Shown here: in pieces, positions 1 to 13,494 of the stretch
Position numbering within the stretch: position 1 is the stretch's first letter
How the letters are laid out: every line of letters starts with the position of its first letter
Source: Macrostomum lignano
Lineage: Eukaryota
Direction of reading: 5' to 3'
NCBI GenBank assembly: GCA_002269645.1
Contig: NIVC01001504.1
Location: 212,583-276,582 of the forward strand
Length of the DNA stretch: 64,000 nucleotides
Made by a program: the position numbers and the translations under genes
The notes under the pieces: model-generated
Seen by the model: the letters and a program-made list of their open reading frames with translations, nothing else
Database searches by the model: none
What the model was told of the DNA's origin: nothing

Positions 1-3000
1 CTGGCAACAGCTCCGACCGCGTCACCTACGTAGAGTGGCAGGTGCACGGCGACACCGTCTGCCGGCTGTTTCTGCAGCGCAAGCCGATGGAATTGGACGA
101 ATGCCGAAGCAGTCTGCACAGCCTGGGCATCGGCATTAACGACGCGGGGGTCCAGCTGGTGCTGGCGCCGGTGCTTGCCCGTCATGAGGGCCGCTACCGC
201 TGCCTGGCGTACGAGGATTCGGACTCGTACGAGCTCGTGACCAATGTGCTAGTGCGCGGTGAGCAACGGGAACTGGGATTTCATGTCACGTGACCAATAT
301 GCTAGAGCGCGGTGAGCAGCGGGAACTGGGTTTTCATGTCACGTGACCAATGTGCTAGTGCGCGGTGAGCAGCGGGAACTGGGGTTTCATGTCACGTGAC
401 CAATATGCTAGTGCGCGGTGAGCAGCAGGAACTGGGTTTTCATGTCACGTGACCAATGTGCTAGTGCGCGGTGAGCAGCGGGAACTGGGTATTTCATGTC
501 ACGTGACCAATGTGTTAGTGCGAGTGAGCAGCGGGAACTGGGTGCTTCATGTCACGTGACCAATGTGCTAGTGCGCGGTGAGCAGCGGGAACTGGGTTTT
601 CATGTCACGTGACCAATATGCTAGAGCGCGGTGAGCAGCGGGAACTGGGTTTTCATGTCACGTGACCAATGTGCTAGTGCGCGGTGAGCAGCGGGAACTG
701 GGGTTTCATGTCACGTGACCAATGTGTTAGTGCGCGGTGAGCAGCGGGAACTGGGGTTTTATGTCACGTGACCAATGTGCTAGTGCGCGGTGAGCAGCGG
801 GAACTGGGGGTTCATGTCAAAGCGTGTATCATGACACATCAGCTTTAATTTTAGCATCCTAAATTCGGATCCCGAAGTTGGCACCATGTTTTTGCCACAC
901 TGGATGGCGTCATGTTTTATTTGAATCATCAATAATGTCATAATTCTTAGTATTTGAAGACTCACGAGTTGTAAAACTCGAATAATCTGTAAACATGGAG
1001 TCTGCAAGTCTGCTGGAGTTCGAGTCTTTCGGACTACGAATAAAATAATATGATACCTATCTCAGTTGTCAGGATGTTTGGCAACAGAAAATCATTTATA
1101 CACAACTGTTCTACCCGCTGCGCATGGAAATATAAATCCCATTAATCTTATTTTTGGCAGACAAGCCGTTCAAGCCTACCCGACTCCAACATGTGGATGT
1201 CGGCCGCGACTGGGTGCGCCTAGGCTGGGAGCCGCCGCGCCAGCAAAGCCACTTGCCTGTCGACCACTACGAGGCCGCCAGCTGGCCCGACCTCGACGAG
1301 CCTGACAGCCGGAAACCGCCAGCCGGCGTGACCTGGCAGCGGGTCCGTGACAACAACTCATTTTTGCACAGCCATCGGTTCAGCTACCTGTCGGTCTACA
1401 CCTCCTACTGCTTCGCCGTGCGCGCCGTCAACAGCATCGGAGCCGGCCAGCCAGCCGTCCGCTGCGGCATCCGCACTAGGGGCCGGCCACCTGAGAGAGG
1501 CGCCGTCAGCGCCAGGCTGGTCAGCGCCAACGCCACACGAGCGGCCTTCGTTGTGGCCTACCAGCCCGACCGCCTGCACGGCCGCCTGCGTCAGGTGGAG
1601 CTGCTCTGCCAGCTGATGCGCTACCGGGAGCTCAACGTCGCCTTCGCACCAGAAGATCGGCAACTGTCGGCGCTGGGATTGAGGGCCTTGCTGCCGTCGC
1701 GCGCGTTTAACGATTCCACCGAGCTGGTAGATTTCTACTTTAATCCAAGTTTACCTTGGAAATCCCCATCCCAAATCTCCCCTAATGTAATCCCCATCCA
1801 AATCTCCCCTAATGTAATCCCCATCCAAATCTCCCCTAATGTAATCCCCCTCCAAATCTCCCCTAATGTAATCCCCATCCAAATCTCCCCTAATGTAATC
1901 CCCATCCAAATCTCCCCTAATGTAATCCCCCTCCAAATCTCCCCTAATGTAATCCCCATCCAAATCTCCCCTAATAAAATCCCCATCCCAAATCTCCCCT
2001 GATAATATCCCATCCCAAATCTCCCTTAATCAAATCCTTATCCAAATCTTCCTTAATCAAATCCTTATCCAAATCTCCCCTAATAAAATCCCCATCCCAA
2101 ATTTCCCCTAATCAAATCCCATCCCAGCATCCCCAATAACGTCGCACCCTAATCTCCCTAATTTTTCTCTTTTATAATCTTTAATCTCCCTAATGAAATA
2201 CCGTATCTCTAATTGAATCTACATTTGTATGAATTATTCATACAATCATAACTGATTCTGGCTCATACGCATACATCTTAGTTCCTATTCTGGAATTTCT
2301 TCCCTCTCATACAGGTGTGGCTTGCCGAAGATCTGCAGCCCTACAGCCAGTACCGGCTGATCATAAAGGCGTACAATGAGGAGTACGATGGACCGCCGGA
2401 AGTAACAAAATTCAACACAACGGAGGGCCGTGAGTGCTTTCTCAGCCTTTCTCAGCCTTTCTCGGCCTTTCTCAGCCTTTCTCAGCCTCTCTCAGCCTTT
2501 CTCGGCCTTTCTCAGCCTTTCTCAGCCTTTCTCGGCGAGCGTCTTGGAAACAAATTCATTAAAGAAATCCATTTATTTGTCAACTTTTTAAATAAATCCT
2601 CTAATAACTGCCTCTGATGTGCCGCTGACTCCATTGATAATTCCCTTTGACGTGCCGCTCACTCCGTTGATAATTCCCTTTGATGTACCGCTCACTCCAT
2701 TGATAATTCCCTTTGATGTACCGCTCACTCCATTGATAATTCCCTTTGATGTCCCGCTCACTCTATTGATAGAATTCCCTTTGATGCGCTGCTCACTCCA
2801 TTGATAATTCCCTTTGATGTGCCGCTCACTCCATTAATAATTCCCTTTGATGCGCCGCTCACTCCATTGATAATTCCCTTTGATGCGCCGCCCCGCAGTG
2901 GCGCCGTCCCCCAGCCTGATGCAGGAGACGCAGCTGCAGTTTGACACGAACGCCACTCTCACCTGGAACCAAAGACGGCGAATTCCCGGCCAGTTGCTAT

Positions 3001-6000
3001 ACTACAGGGTCCGCTACTCCCCCATCTCCTATCCGGCTGTCCAGTATCAGCTGAACGTGTCTGCCCAGCACAACCGAGTCGTGCTCACCAAACTGCAGCC
3101 CATGAGCGAATACCGGGTCTCCCTGGCCGCTGTCACCGGCCTGGGCCCGGGCGCCGAGTCCAACACCATCGTGGTGTCCACCGAGCCCAGCTGGCCCAGC
3201 TCGCCAAGGCAGGTGCAAATCGAAACGGGCTTCGAGGCCGGCGCCGTGGTCTCCTGGGCGCACAGCCGCTTCACTATGCAGATTCCCAAATCCCGAAAGA
3301 GCTCGGGCATCCCACTCGAAGCGCCGGCTAGGAAATATCCCGCCCACCTGCTGGCCTTTCGCGTCAGCTGGGCCTTCCTGGACCCGGCCGGTCCCGGGGC
3401 TGCCAGCACCTTCGGGCACATGGAGACCAAGCCTCTTAATGACATGTCCGGCTGCAGCTGCTCAGCCACGGACTGGAGGCCCCGCTCCCCCAGCACGCCC
3501 TGCCGGGATCAGCCGGATCGGATTTGCGTGAGTTCTCAGACTGCATCCCCCCAGCATCCTCTATACTGCATCCCCCAGCATCCTCTATACTGCATCCCCC
3601 AGCATCCTCTATACTGCATCCCCCAGCATCCTCTATACTGCATCTCCCAGCATCCTCTATACTGCATCTCCCAGCATCCTCTATACTGCATCTCCCAGCA
3701 TCCTCTCTACAGCATCCCCCAGCATCCTCTCTACAGCATCCCCTAGCATCCTCTTTACTGCATCTCCCAGCATCCTCTATACTGCATCTCCCAGCATCCT
3801 CTATACTGCATCTCCCAGCATCCTCTCTACAGCACCCCCCAGCATCCTCTCTACAGCATCCCCTAGCATCCTCTTTACTGCATCTCCCAGCATCCTCTAT
3901 ACTGCATCTCCCAGCATCCTCTATACTGCATCTCCCAGCATCCTCTATACTGCATCTCCCAGCATCCTCTATACTGCATCTCCACAGCATCCTCTGTACT
4001 GCATCCCCCAGCATCCTCTATACTTCACCCCTCAGCATCCTCTATACTGCATCCCCCAGCATCCTCTATACTGCATCCCCCAGCATCCTCTATACTGCAT
4101 CCCCTAGCATCCTGTATTCTGTATTCCTCTATTCATCCAAGGTGTGATCAGTGCCAATTATCCCATAATCCCAGGAGTGATCAATGCCACGTAGAAACCA
4201 GTGCAATGCTGAGTTTTTATTGATATATTCCCAGTTTCACAGCCCTCCCTCATCTCTTACCCCCCCACCCTGCCAAACTCCAGGTGCTAATTCCATGGTC
4301 CCAGCTGGCCGCCGGACGCTCTCCGCCGGACGACTCAGGCGTGCTCACCCGGGTCAGCTTCTCCGTGCGCAGCGTCGGCCTGTCGCAGTGGTCGGCCGGC
4401 CGGCGCTATCCCGGCCACGTGTCCGAGGATTGCACTACCGACATTCCGGCCGCGTACATTTTCCCCAAATCGGCGGCCTCCCATTCCACCAAGCAGCCGG
4501 TCATTGTGGGCGTCATTGTTGGTGGCTGCATCATGCTGTTGGCTATTGGGATCATCGCCTTCCTAATTTGGAAGTGGCTCTGCAGCCACCGTGGCTACCG
4601 CAGGCCGTTCGGCACTGCCATGGAAACGATGGAGTTCGTAGGTGAGGCTGCCTCTCATTGTGTTCTGCACCCTGTCAGGTCTTTGTCGCGTAGCCTTTAT
4701 TGTACGCTTCAGGGTCATGTCAGGTCATTGTACATATTAGGGTCATGTCGCGTCATGGAAGACTTTAGGGTCATGTCGGGTCATTAGACACTTTAGGGTC
4801 ATGTCGGGTCATTAGACACTTTAGGGTCATGTCGGGTCATTAGACACTTTAGGTTCATGTCGGGTCATTAGACACTTTAGGATCATGTCAGGTCATTAGA
4901 GACTTTAGGGTCATGTCGGGTCATTAGACACTTTAGGATCATGTCAGGTCATTAGAGACTTTAGGGTCATGTTGGGTCATTAGAGACTTTAGGGTCATGT
5001 CGGGTCATGTAAGACTTCGGGGTGGTTTCGGGTCATTGTTAATAATACTAGGGTTCGTGCCAGGTCATCGCGAGACTGTTGAACCAGGCACTTCAGGTCC
5101 TCTTGTAAGCCTCAGGGCCTTTTAAGTCAAATCACCCCTAAGTGCGGTCACCTTTGGTTCATCCCGACGCGAACCCGCAGAGCACGAGTACAACGGCACT
5201 CGCAGCTCCGGCTGCCGGCCCCAGTTCCGGCCGTACAGCCAGACGGAATTCAAGCCGCTCAGCATCCCGGATTTCAGGGAGCACGTGCTGGCCAGCCACG
5301 CCAACGACAACTCGGCCTTCCAGATGGAGTTCGACAGCGTGCAGCAGTCAACCCACCGGGACTGGCCGGCCCTGCACTGGAAGCAGCCGGAGAACCTGGC
5401 TAAGAACAGATACACAGACATCTACCCGTGTGAGTGACACCTCAGGTGGGATGTGCGGTCAGCGCCTCAGTTATCTTCACTGACTCCTGTGCCACTCATC
5501 ATGTGATCAACTTTAATTTCAGTTGATCACAGCCGGGTTATTCTGTTCAGCAATAGCAGGAAGAAGCGAGGGGACTACATCAATGCAAACTATGTCGACG
5601 TGAGTGGCTTGTTATTGCTCTCATTGCTAAAAGAAATTCCAGAATCCCAATAGCCATCCCAGAATCTCAACAGCAATCCCAGAATCCTAGTAGCAATCAC
5701 AGATCCCAGAATCCTAAAAGCAATCCCAGAATCCTAATAGCCATTCCAGATCCCAGAATCCCAATAGCCATCCCAAATCCCAGAATCCTAATAGCCATTC
5801 CAGATCCCAGAATCCTAATAGCCATTCCAGATCCCAGAATCCTAATAGCCATTCCAGATCCCAGAATCCCAATAGCCATTCCAGATCCCAGAATCCTAAT
5901 AGCCATCCCAGAATCTCAACAGCAATCCCAGAATCCTAATAGCAATCCCAGAATCCCAATAGCCATTTCAGATCCAGAATCCTAATAGCAGTCCCAGATC

Positions 6001-9000
6001 CAGAATCCTAATCGCAATCCCAGATCCAGAATCCTAATAGCAATCCCAGATCCCAGAATCCTAATAGCCATCCCAGAATCCTAATAGCCATCCCAGATCC
6101 CAGAATCCTAATAGCCATCCCAGATCCAGAATCCTAATAGCAATCACAGATCCCAGAATCCCAATAGCAATCCCAGATCCCAGAATCTCAAAAGCAATCC
6201 CTGTGATTTCTGATCACAAATCTCTGAGTCCCAATAGGAATCCCAGTGATCCAAATTCCAATCCCAATAGCGATCCCAATAGCCATCCCAGAATTCTAAT
6301 AGCGATCCCAAATCCCAGATCCCAATCTCAACCGCATTCAATACTGACCCTCCGCAGGGCTACCACCGGCCCAAGGCCTACATCGCCTGCCAGGGCCCGC
6401 TGCCGGCCACGTTCGACGACTTCTGGCTGATGGTCTGGGAGAACAAGAGCAGCGTGGTGGTCATGATCTCCAACTTTGTGGAGCGCGGAAGAGTGAGTCG
6501 TCTGTAGGGCAATTAGATGCGGCTGATGAAGCTTGGCCAGGGGTTTTATCGGGAATTATTAAGGCTATTGCTTGCTATAGATAATGCCCAATGTTTATTG
6601 TGAATTAAGAGCCTTGGAGCTGTGGATGAAGTGTTTATAGGGAAGCTGAGCTGTGGGAGAATTTCAGCAAGGCCGACCCCCCCCCCCGCAGCGCAAGTGC
6701 GACCAGTACTGGCCGGGCAGCGGGTCGCAGACCTACGGCCACATCTCGGTGAGGTTCATCAGCCAGGAGAGCAAGGCCGCCTATTGCCTGCGCAAGTTCG
6801 GCATCCGGGACACGCGGGCGAAGAAGTCCGTGAAGGAGCGGCTGGTGCACCACTACCTGTACTCAGAGTGGCCGGACTACGGCGTGCCCCAGTACCCGCT
6901 GCCGGTGCTCAACTTTGTGCAGAAGTCGATCAGGTCGTCTGATGACCACGGGCCTATTGTGGTGCACTGCAGGTGACTGCCCTGTTAATGCTCTGTTGAT
7001 ATATTGATACAGTAGCATCTTTGTTGATAGATTGATACAGCAGCTCTATTGATATATTGATACAGTAGCAGCTCTATTGATAGATTGATACAGCAGCTCT
7101 ATTGATAGATTGATACAGCAGCTCTATTGATAGATTGATGCAGCAGCTCTATTGATAGATTGATGCAGCAGCAGCTCTATTGATAGATTGATGCAGCAGC
7201 AGCTCTATTGATAGATTGATGCAGCAGCAGCTCTATTGATAGATTGATACAGCAGCAGCTCTATTGATAGATTGATGCAGCAGCAGCTCTATTGATAGAT
7301 TGATGCAGCAGCAGCTCTATTGATAGATTGATACAGCAGCAGCTCTATTGATAGATTGATACAGCAGCAGCTCTATTGATAGATTGATGCAGCAGCAGCT
7401 CTATTGATAGATTGATGCAGCAGCAGCTCTATTGATAGATTGATGCAGCAGCAGCTCTATTGATAGATTGATGCAGCAGCAGCTCTATTGATAGATTGAT
7501 ACAGCAGCCCTAATATTAGCGCTGCTATTCCGCCATCCCCGCAAGCGCGGGCGTCGGCCGCACGGGCACGTACATCTGCATTGAGGCGCAGATCCGGCAG
7601 ATTCTGCAGCAAAAGACGGTGAACGTGCGCGGCTTCCTGGAGCACATCCGGCAGCAGAGGATGCGCCTGGTGCAGACGGAGGAGCAGTACGTCTTCATTC
7701 ACGACGTGCTGCTGGAGTTCCTGCTGTGCCCGGAACGGGAGGTGCCCAGGGACCAGCTGACCAGCTACATCAAGGGGCTGGACGAGCCCGGACCCTGCGG
7801 CTGCAGCAGGCTGGAGACTCAGTACCAGGTGCGCACCTCGCTCACTCTCTTAATTCACAGTTAGCCTTTGAATAGCCACGCCCTGACCCCTAACCAACCC
7901 CTGCCCATTCCCCGTGTCTGATTCTCCCTAATCCCCTGTTTGATGCTCCCTAATCCCCTGTCTGATGCTCCCTAATCCCCTGTCTCCTGCTCCCTAATCA
8001 CCTGTCTAATGCTCCCTAATCCCCTGTCTGATGCTCCCTAATCCTCTGTCTGATGCTCCCTAATCCCCTGTCTAATGCTCCCTAATCCCCTGTCTCATGC
8101 TCCCTAATCCCCTGTCTAATGCTCCCTAATCCTCTGTCTGATGCTCCCTAATCCCCTGTCTCATGCTCCCTAATCACCTGTCTAATGCTCCCTAATCCCC
8201 TGTCTGATGCTCCCTAATCCTCTGTCTGATGCTCCCTAATCCCCTGTCTAATGCTCCCTAATCCCCTGTCTGATGCTCCCTAATCCCCTGTCTGATGCTC
8301 CCTAATCCTCTGTCTGATGCTCCCTAATCCCCTGTCTAATGCTCCCTAATCCCCTGTCTCATGCTCCCTAATCCCCTGTCTAATGCTCCCTAATCCTCTG
8401 TCTGATGCTCCCTAATCCCCTGTCTAATGCTCCCTAATCCCCTGTCTGATGCTCCCTAATCCTCTGTCTGATGCTCCCTAATCCCCTGTCTCATGCTCCC
8501 TAATCCCCTGTCTAATGCTCCCTAATCCCCTGTCTGATGCTTCCTAATCCCTGTCTGATGTTCCCTAATCCCCTGTCTCATGCTCCCTAATCCCCTGTCT
8601 GATTCTCCCTAAACCCCTGTCTCATGCTCCCTAATCCCCTGTCTAATGCTCCCTAATCCCCTGTCTGGGTCTCCCTAATCCCCTGTCTAATGCTCCCTAA
8701 TCACCTGTCTCATGCTCCCTAATCTCCTGTCTAATGCTCCCTAATCACCTGTCTCATGCTCCCTAATCCCCTGTCTAATGCTCCCTAATCCCCTGTCTGA
8801 TGCTCATTAATCCCTGTATCAAATCCCAAAGATGTCAAATTCACAAAAATCCCAACTAAAGCTCGACTGGGGTCCTCAGCCCCGCACCATAGCAACCAGT
8901 GCAGCTCCAACCCGCCGCTTCAACTCCCGCAGCTGTGCGTGTCCGAGCAGCCGTCGCCGCGTGACCGGATGGCCGCCAAGAAGCCGTGCAACGCGCGCAA

Positions 9001-9339
9001 GAATCGCTGCATCCTGCCCAGTGAGTCCGCGCTAGGTTAAACTATTCCTCCTGTTCACCCACATCAGTGATTTGCGCGCTTAGTTCTGTTTTTTTCACCT
9101 TCTCTGCAGTCGACTCCCGCCGCGTGAAACTGACGGCCGAGCCCGGGGTGGAGGGGTCCGACTATATCAATGCGTCTCACCTGCATGTGAGTGCGCTGCC
9201 CTGCCGCTGGGCTGGACTGACTGACAGACACACACACAGACAGACAGACAGACAGATAGACAGATAGACAGACACACAGACACACAGCAGAAAGACAGAC
9301 ACACAGCAGACAGACAGACACACAGACAGACAGACAGAC

Positions 9340-9392
<53 letters not shown>

Positions 9393-9435
9393 CACAGACA
9401 GATAGACAGACAGACGGACAGACAGACAGACAGAC

Positions 9436-9488
<53 letters not shown>

Positions 9489-9515
9489 CACAGACAGACA
9501 GACAGACACACAGAC

Positions 9516-9552
<37 letters not shown>

Positions 9553-11725
9553 CACACACACACACAGACAGACAGACAGACAGACAGACATACAGACAGA
9601 CCAGAACAGGTGCTTAACCCTCTCACCACCGCCTCTCTAGGGCTACTTCTCTATGAACGAGTACATCGTGACGCAGCACCCGCTCGAGGAGACCGTGTTC
9701 GACTTCCTGAAGATGATCTGGGATCACAACTGCTCTGTTGTGGTCAGCGTCTACACCGAAGACTCGCCCGATGAGCCGCCCCTGCCCAGCATCTGGCCCA
9801 CGCCCGAGGACGACATGCGCGAGGCCGAGCACCTGCAGCTGTACTTTCGGTGAGACAGACCAACCCATCCCATTTCCATGGAATTATCCCATATCCCTGT
9901 TATCCCATTCTCATAGAATTATCCCATATCCCAATTGTCTCGTTCTCTATAGTATTTTCATTTTGAAATCTCACCACTCTTACCCCTCAAATCCCCGCCC
10001 AGCAACGAGGAAGAATATCCCTTCGCCACCCGGCGCGAATTCCTCATGGCCACTAAACGCGACGACTACAGCCTGGTGGTGTCGCTGTGGACTCTGAAGC
10101 GCTGGCCGGAGCTGCTGGGCCAGGCCATGGACATGATGAAGCTGGTCGGCGCCGTCTCCGAGCGCAGGGCGCCGCCCGCCGCGCCGCTGATTGTGATGGA
10201 CACGTGAGCAGCGATTCACCTACACTGCACTTTTAGCTGTCAGGGCTCGGTCGAATTGGACCTGCGACTGAGCCGAGCCCCCCTTCCCTAACTGCAGGTA
10301 CGGAAGCAGCCACGCTGGCATCTTCTGCGCCCTGTACAGCCTGTACCACCAGCTGCAGCTGGAGCACTCGGTGGACGTGTACTCGCTGTTCAAGCTGTAC
10401 CACCTGCAGCGGCCTGGCATGTTCAACAGCTCGGTGGGTGCCACCAACCCGTCACCCGCTTCAGTGACCACCCCAGACCTCCACAAGGATCCCCCCAGAC
10501 TCCACAAGGATCCCCCAGACTCCACAAGGATCCCCCCAGACTCCACAAGGATCCCCACAGACTCCACAAGGATCCCCCCAGACTCCACAAGGATCCCCCA
10601 GACTCCACAAGGATCCCCCCAGACTCCACAAGGATCCCCCAGACTCCACAAGGATCCCCCAGACTCCACAAGGATCCCCCAGACTCCACAAGGATCCCCC
10701 AGACGCCACAAGGATCCCCCAGACTCCACAAGGATCCCCCAGACTCCACAAGGATCCCCCAGACTCCACAAGGATCCCCCAGACTCCACAAGGATCCCCC
10801 AGACTCCACAAGGATCCCCCAGACTCCACAAGGATCCCCCAGACTCCACAAGGATCCCCCAGACTCCACAAGAATCCCCTCAGACTCCACAAGGATCCCC
10901 CAGACTCCACAAGGATCCCCCAGACTCCACAAGGATCCCCCCAGACTCCACAAGGATCCCCCCAGACTCCACAAGGATCCCCCCAGACTCCACAAGGATC
11001 CCCCCAGACTCCACAAGGATCCCCCCAGACTCCACAAGGATCCCCCCAGACTCCACAAGGATCCCCCAGACTCCACAAGGATCCCCCAGACTCCACAAGG
11101 ATCCCCCAGACTCCACAAGGATCCCTTAGACTCCACAAGGATCCCCCAGACTGTTTCAGGCACTCTCTTACCCTCTCCAACCCCCATATTCGCTAATCTG
11201 TCTCCTGCTCTCCAATCCCCCCTTGCTAATCTGCAAGCCGCCTCATGCATCCCCTCCGCTCGTTGCCCCCAGGCCGACCTCCAGTTCATCTACGAGGTGA
11301 TCACCTTCCACGCCTCAGTCAACTCGCCGAGCAGCAGCCTCCTTCCGCAGCGTCGCGACAACGGCGGCACCGGCGGCACCCTCGGCAGCCGGGGCGGCGA
11401 CAGGCGGGAAGCGCAGCAGCTGCCGGCCCAGGAGGCTCTGCACATGTCCGAGCAGTTGAAGCAGCTGCAGCAGGAGGTTGAGGAGACCTGCGGCCAGGAG
11501 AAGCAGCTCGCCGAGTCGACTGTGGCGACCGCCGTCCCCTCTGGTGACGCCGCCATCACCAACGGCTCCGATAGCGGAGCGGCTGCGGCTTCGATGGTGG
11601 CGGCGGGCGAGCCCGTCTCCTTTGGTGACGTCGCCATCGTCAACGGCTCCGATGGTGTTGAGGAGGCGCGCGGGGCTGCCAACGCGAACGGCGCCGTCTC
11701 GCTGACGCTTCCGAAGGATGCATGA
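1..11725 (+). CDS. Receptor-type protein tyrosine phosphatase, PTP99A/R5-like, 5'-partial (Ig-like end, FN3 repeats, TM, active D1, inactive D2)
   Basis: Exons <1-258, 1161-1726, 2315-2429, 2899-3527, 4284-4641, 5181-5429, 5523-5599, 6358-6492, 6692-6972, 7546-7828, 8933-9020, 9110-9186, 9641-9849, 10003-10203, 10298-10433, 11273-11725; all GT-AG and phase-compatible. Motifs: EGRYRC (Ig), WEPP/Y..AVRAVN (FN3), [81 protein letters not shown]2 has DYINAS, TQHPL and IVMDTYG. Confidence 0.93.
237..819 (+). repeat. Minisatellite, ~53-bp unit x~11, spanning the exon/intron-1 donor of the PTP gene
   Basis: Unit GTGACCAATGTGCTAGTGCGCG|GTGAGCAGCGGGAACTGGGTTTTCATGTCAC; the first 22 nt are exonic. Confidence 0.97.
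1761..2125. repeat. Minisatellite 27-bp (TCCCCATCCAAATCTCCCCTAATGTAA), PTP intron 2
   Basis: Direct tandem copies, degenerating to the right. Confidence 0.95.
2437..2892. repeat. Two arrays in PTP intron 3: 10-bp TTCTCAGCCT (2437-2535) and 33-bp GTGCCGCTCACTCCATTGATAATTCCCTTTGAT (2616-2892)
   Basis: Tandem copies; the 33-mer array runs into the acceptor. Confidence 0.95.
3541..4115. repeat. Minisatellite 24-bp (CTGCATCCCCCAGCATCCTCTATA), PTP intron 4
   Basis: About 24 tandem copies. Confidence 0.95.
4710..5035. repeat. Minisatellite 28-bp (GGGTCATGTCGGGTCATTAGACACTTTA), PTP intron 5
   Basis: Tandem copies. Confidence 0.93.
5635..6330. repeat. Minisatellite ~20-27-bp (CCCAGAATCCTAATAGCCATTCCAGAT), PTP intron 7
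   Basis: Tandem copies with length variants. Confidence 0.93.
6990..7508. repeat. Minisatellite 25-28-bp (GCAGCAGCTCTATTGATAGATTGAT), PTP intron 9
   Basis: Tandem copies with or without an extra GCA. Confidence 0.95.
7905..8815. repeat. Minisatellite 22-bp (TCCCTAATCCCCTGTCTGATGC), PTP intron 10
   Basis: About 40 tandem copies. Confidence 0.95.
9219..9600. repeat. (CAGA)n microsatellite, PTP intron 12
   Basis: GACA/CAGA tetranucleotide with CA interruptions. Confidence 0.97.
10471..11151. repeat. Minisatellite 20-21-bp (CCCCAGACTCCACAAGGATC), PTP intron 15
   Basis: About 33 tandem copies; source of spurious ORFs 10220-11289. Confidence 0.96.
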
Positions 11726-13494
11726 CGGGTCGGGGGCTGTCGGATTTAAATTTCTATGCGACTGAAGTTGCGTGCAATGCGGTAATCCGGGGGCACTTCT
11801 GGCGTTACCGATCCTCAAAGATACTTTTCCATCTCCCAATTATCGCAACGCGTTATCCTTTGCATCGTTATCTCATCTCCCTGTAATCCCATCTCCCAAT
11901 TATCCCATATCCAGCTATCCCATATCCCAGGTATCCCATCCCGAGCCAGCTAACCTCATCAGCTCTCAACCATCCAACCTGTCACTGTTGATAATCATTG
12001 ATCGAGACGCCCCCCAGACCATTTGCTTTTTATAGCTAATCTGCAGCGTGCAGTCAAAATTTGTCTTTTAAATCGTGAAAATTGGCTTCGCTGTGGCCGC
12101 CTGCTAATTTAGGAGAATGTTATATCGCAACTCAGCAGTTCATCTCTTCTGACCTCCCATCCCGACCGAATTCTGTTTAATTTGCGCTCATCTTTACAAT
12201 TTTAAGTATTTTTTATCTGTTAGTAACAATCGTGCACAACTACTTACTTGCGTAGAGCTTATCAGTAGCCAATAACGCATATGCGCACCAATGCCTTTTT
12301 TCTGTATCGCTTTCCGCGCTCTTTTTGGCAGTGTTTTGTGCGACAGATTCTACCCGTCACGCCCAATTTATTTTCTCTGATCAGCCGCAGCCCTAGTCAG
12401 CCTGCGGGACCAACCCATTGTTGCAAAGTAGTTCCCCTGTTCCAGCACCTGCCCCAGCTTCCTCCGCTAGCAAAATGAAAACTGCCTCAAATTCTCAGCG
12501 TTTCAAGCTGCTCACAGCCTGATGCTTTTGTATTAAACATCTGCTGCTTTTACTGTCCGTGCTTATTAGCTACCTGCGGCTTGCACTCGTGTTTTCTGTG
12601 GTTACTGTACATGTAAATTTATTGCATCATTTTTATCCGATTTTCTACTGTGAATTCACTTTTAATCGCCGATTCAGTTCGATTGTTTTTTTAGCTTAGT
12701 GCTGTTTGTTTGGCACAGTTTGGTTGGCCAGGCGACCAGAGATGACTTGCATTTTTTATATGCCCCATCTTGAATATGACTATTAAATACATCACTTACT
12801 TAACTCAAACTGGTGGTTAAAACGCTTTGCTGAAGTCTGCCGGTACAAGACAGTCTGCTTTTTAAAAGAACGCAGATAAAACCATCGATACAGCTAATGT
12901 GGGTTCGAGTTCGGCTTTTTTCAGAGCTTTCTCACGGCTCCAAATGTCGAACAAATAAAAGCTTATGCGAAAATTGAAGCATCACCTTAAATTTTTTTGT
13001 TTTGTTTTTATCCAGCAACTACAGGCTATGCAAAGTTCAGCTTTAAAACTAAGGATGCACTTATATTCTAAAGTCACCTTTGCAAAAACTAATCACCGTA
13101 AGCCGTAAGCTTTCTGTCATACGAGATCTTAACTGGCGACATGCAGAATTCTGGTTCAAGGCGGCGGCACTCCTAATAATCTGAGAACCTGTTCAGAATT
13201 TATACATGTGACTCGTTAGAGATCCCATCTCGAATCTCCTCAATTGTTTATGCAACGAAATCTTCCATGCGTATTTTTGGTCAATAACTCCAAAAGAAAG
13301 ACTTCTTAATGATGCAAAAGACTATAGAGCGTAAATAAGTAAAATATATTGTCTATTGTATATTATATATTTTATTGCCATTACAAAATGGCAATGTGGC
13401 GAGAAAAGTAAAAAAACGTTTTTATTTTCAATCGGGTAGAGATGCTCTTTTAATAAATAATAGAGAAATGAAGGCCAACACCAACATAAGTTTA

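Noticed and set aside
1761-8815. CTAAT/CTGAT branch-point-like words in several intronic repeat units as selected features
   Set aside because: Present in some arrays but absent or antisense in others; cannot be separated from chance without genome-wide statistics.
10220-11289. Overlapping ORFs over the 20-21-bp array (likewise 30037-30891, 49657-52034, 52457-54388)
   Set aside because: These lie in introns or spacers defined by conserved flanking exons; repeat artefacts.
12895-12915. GGGTTCGAGTTC as a tRNA T-loop/B-box (also 18065-18085)
   Set aside because: No cloverleaf, acceptor stem or A-box.
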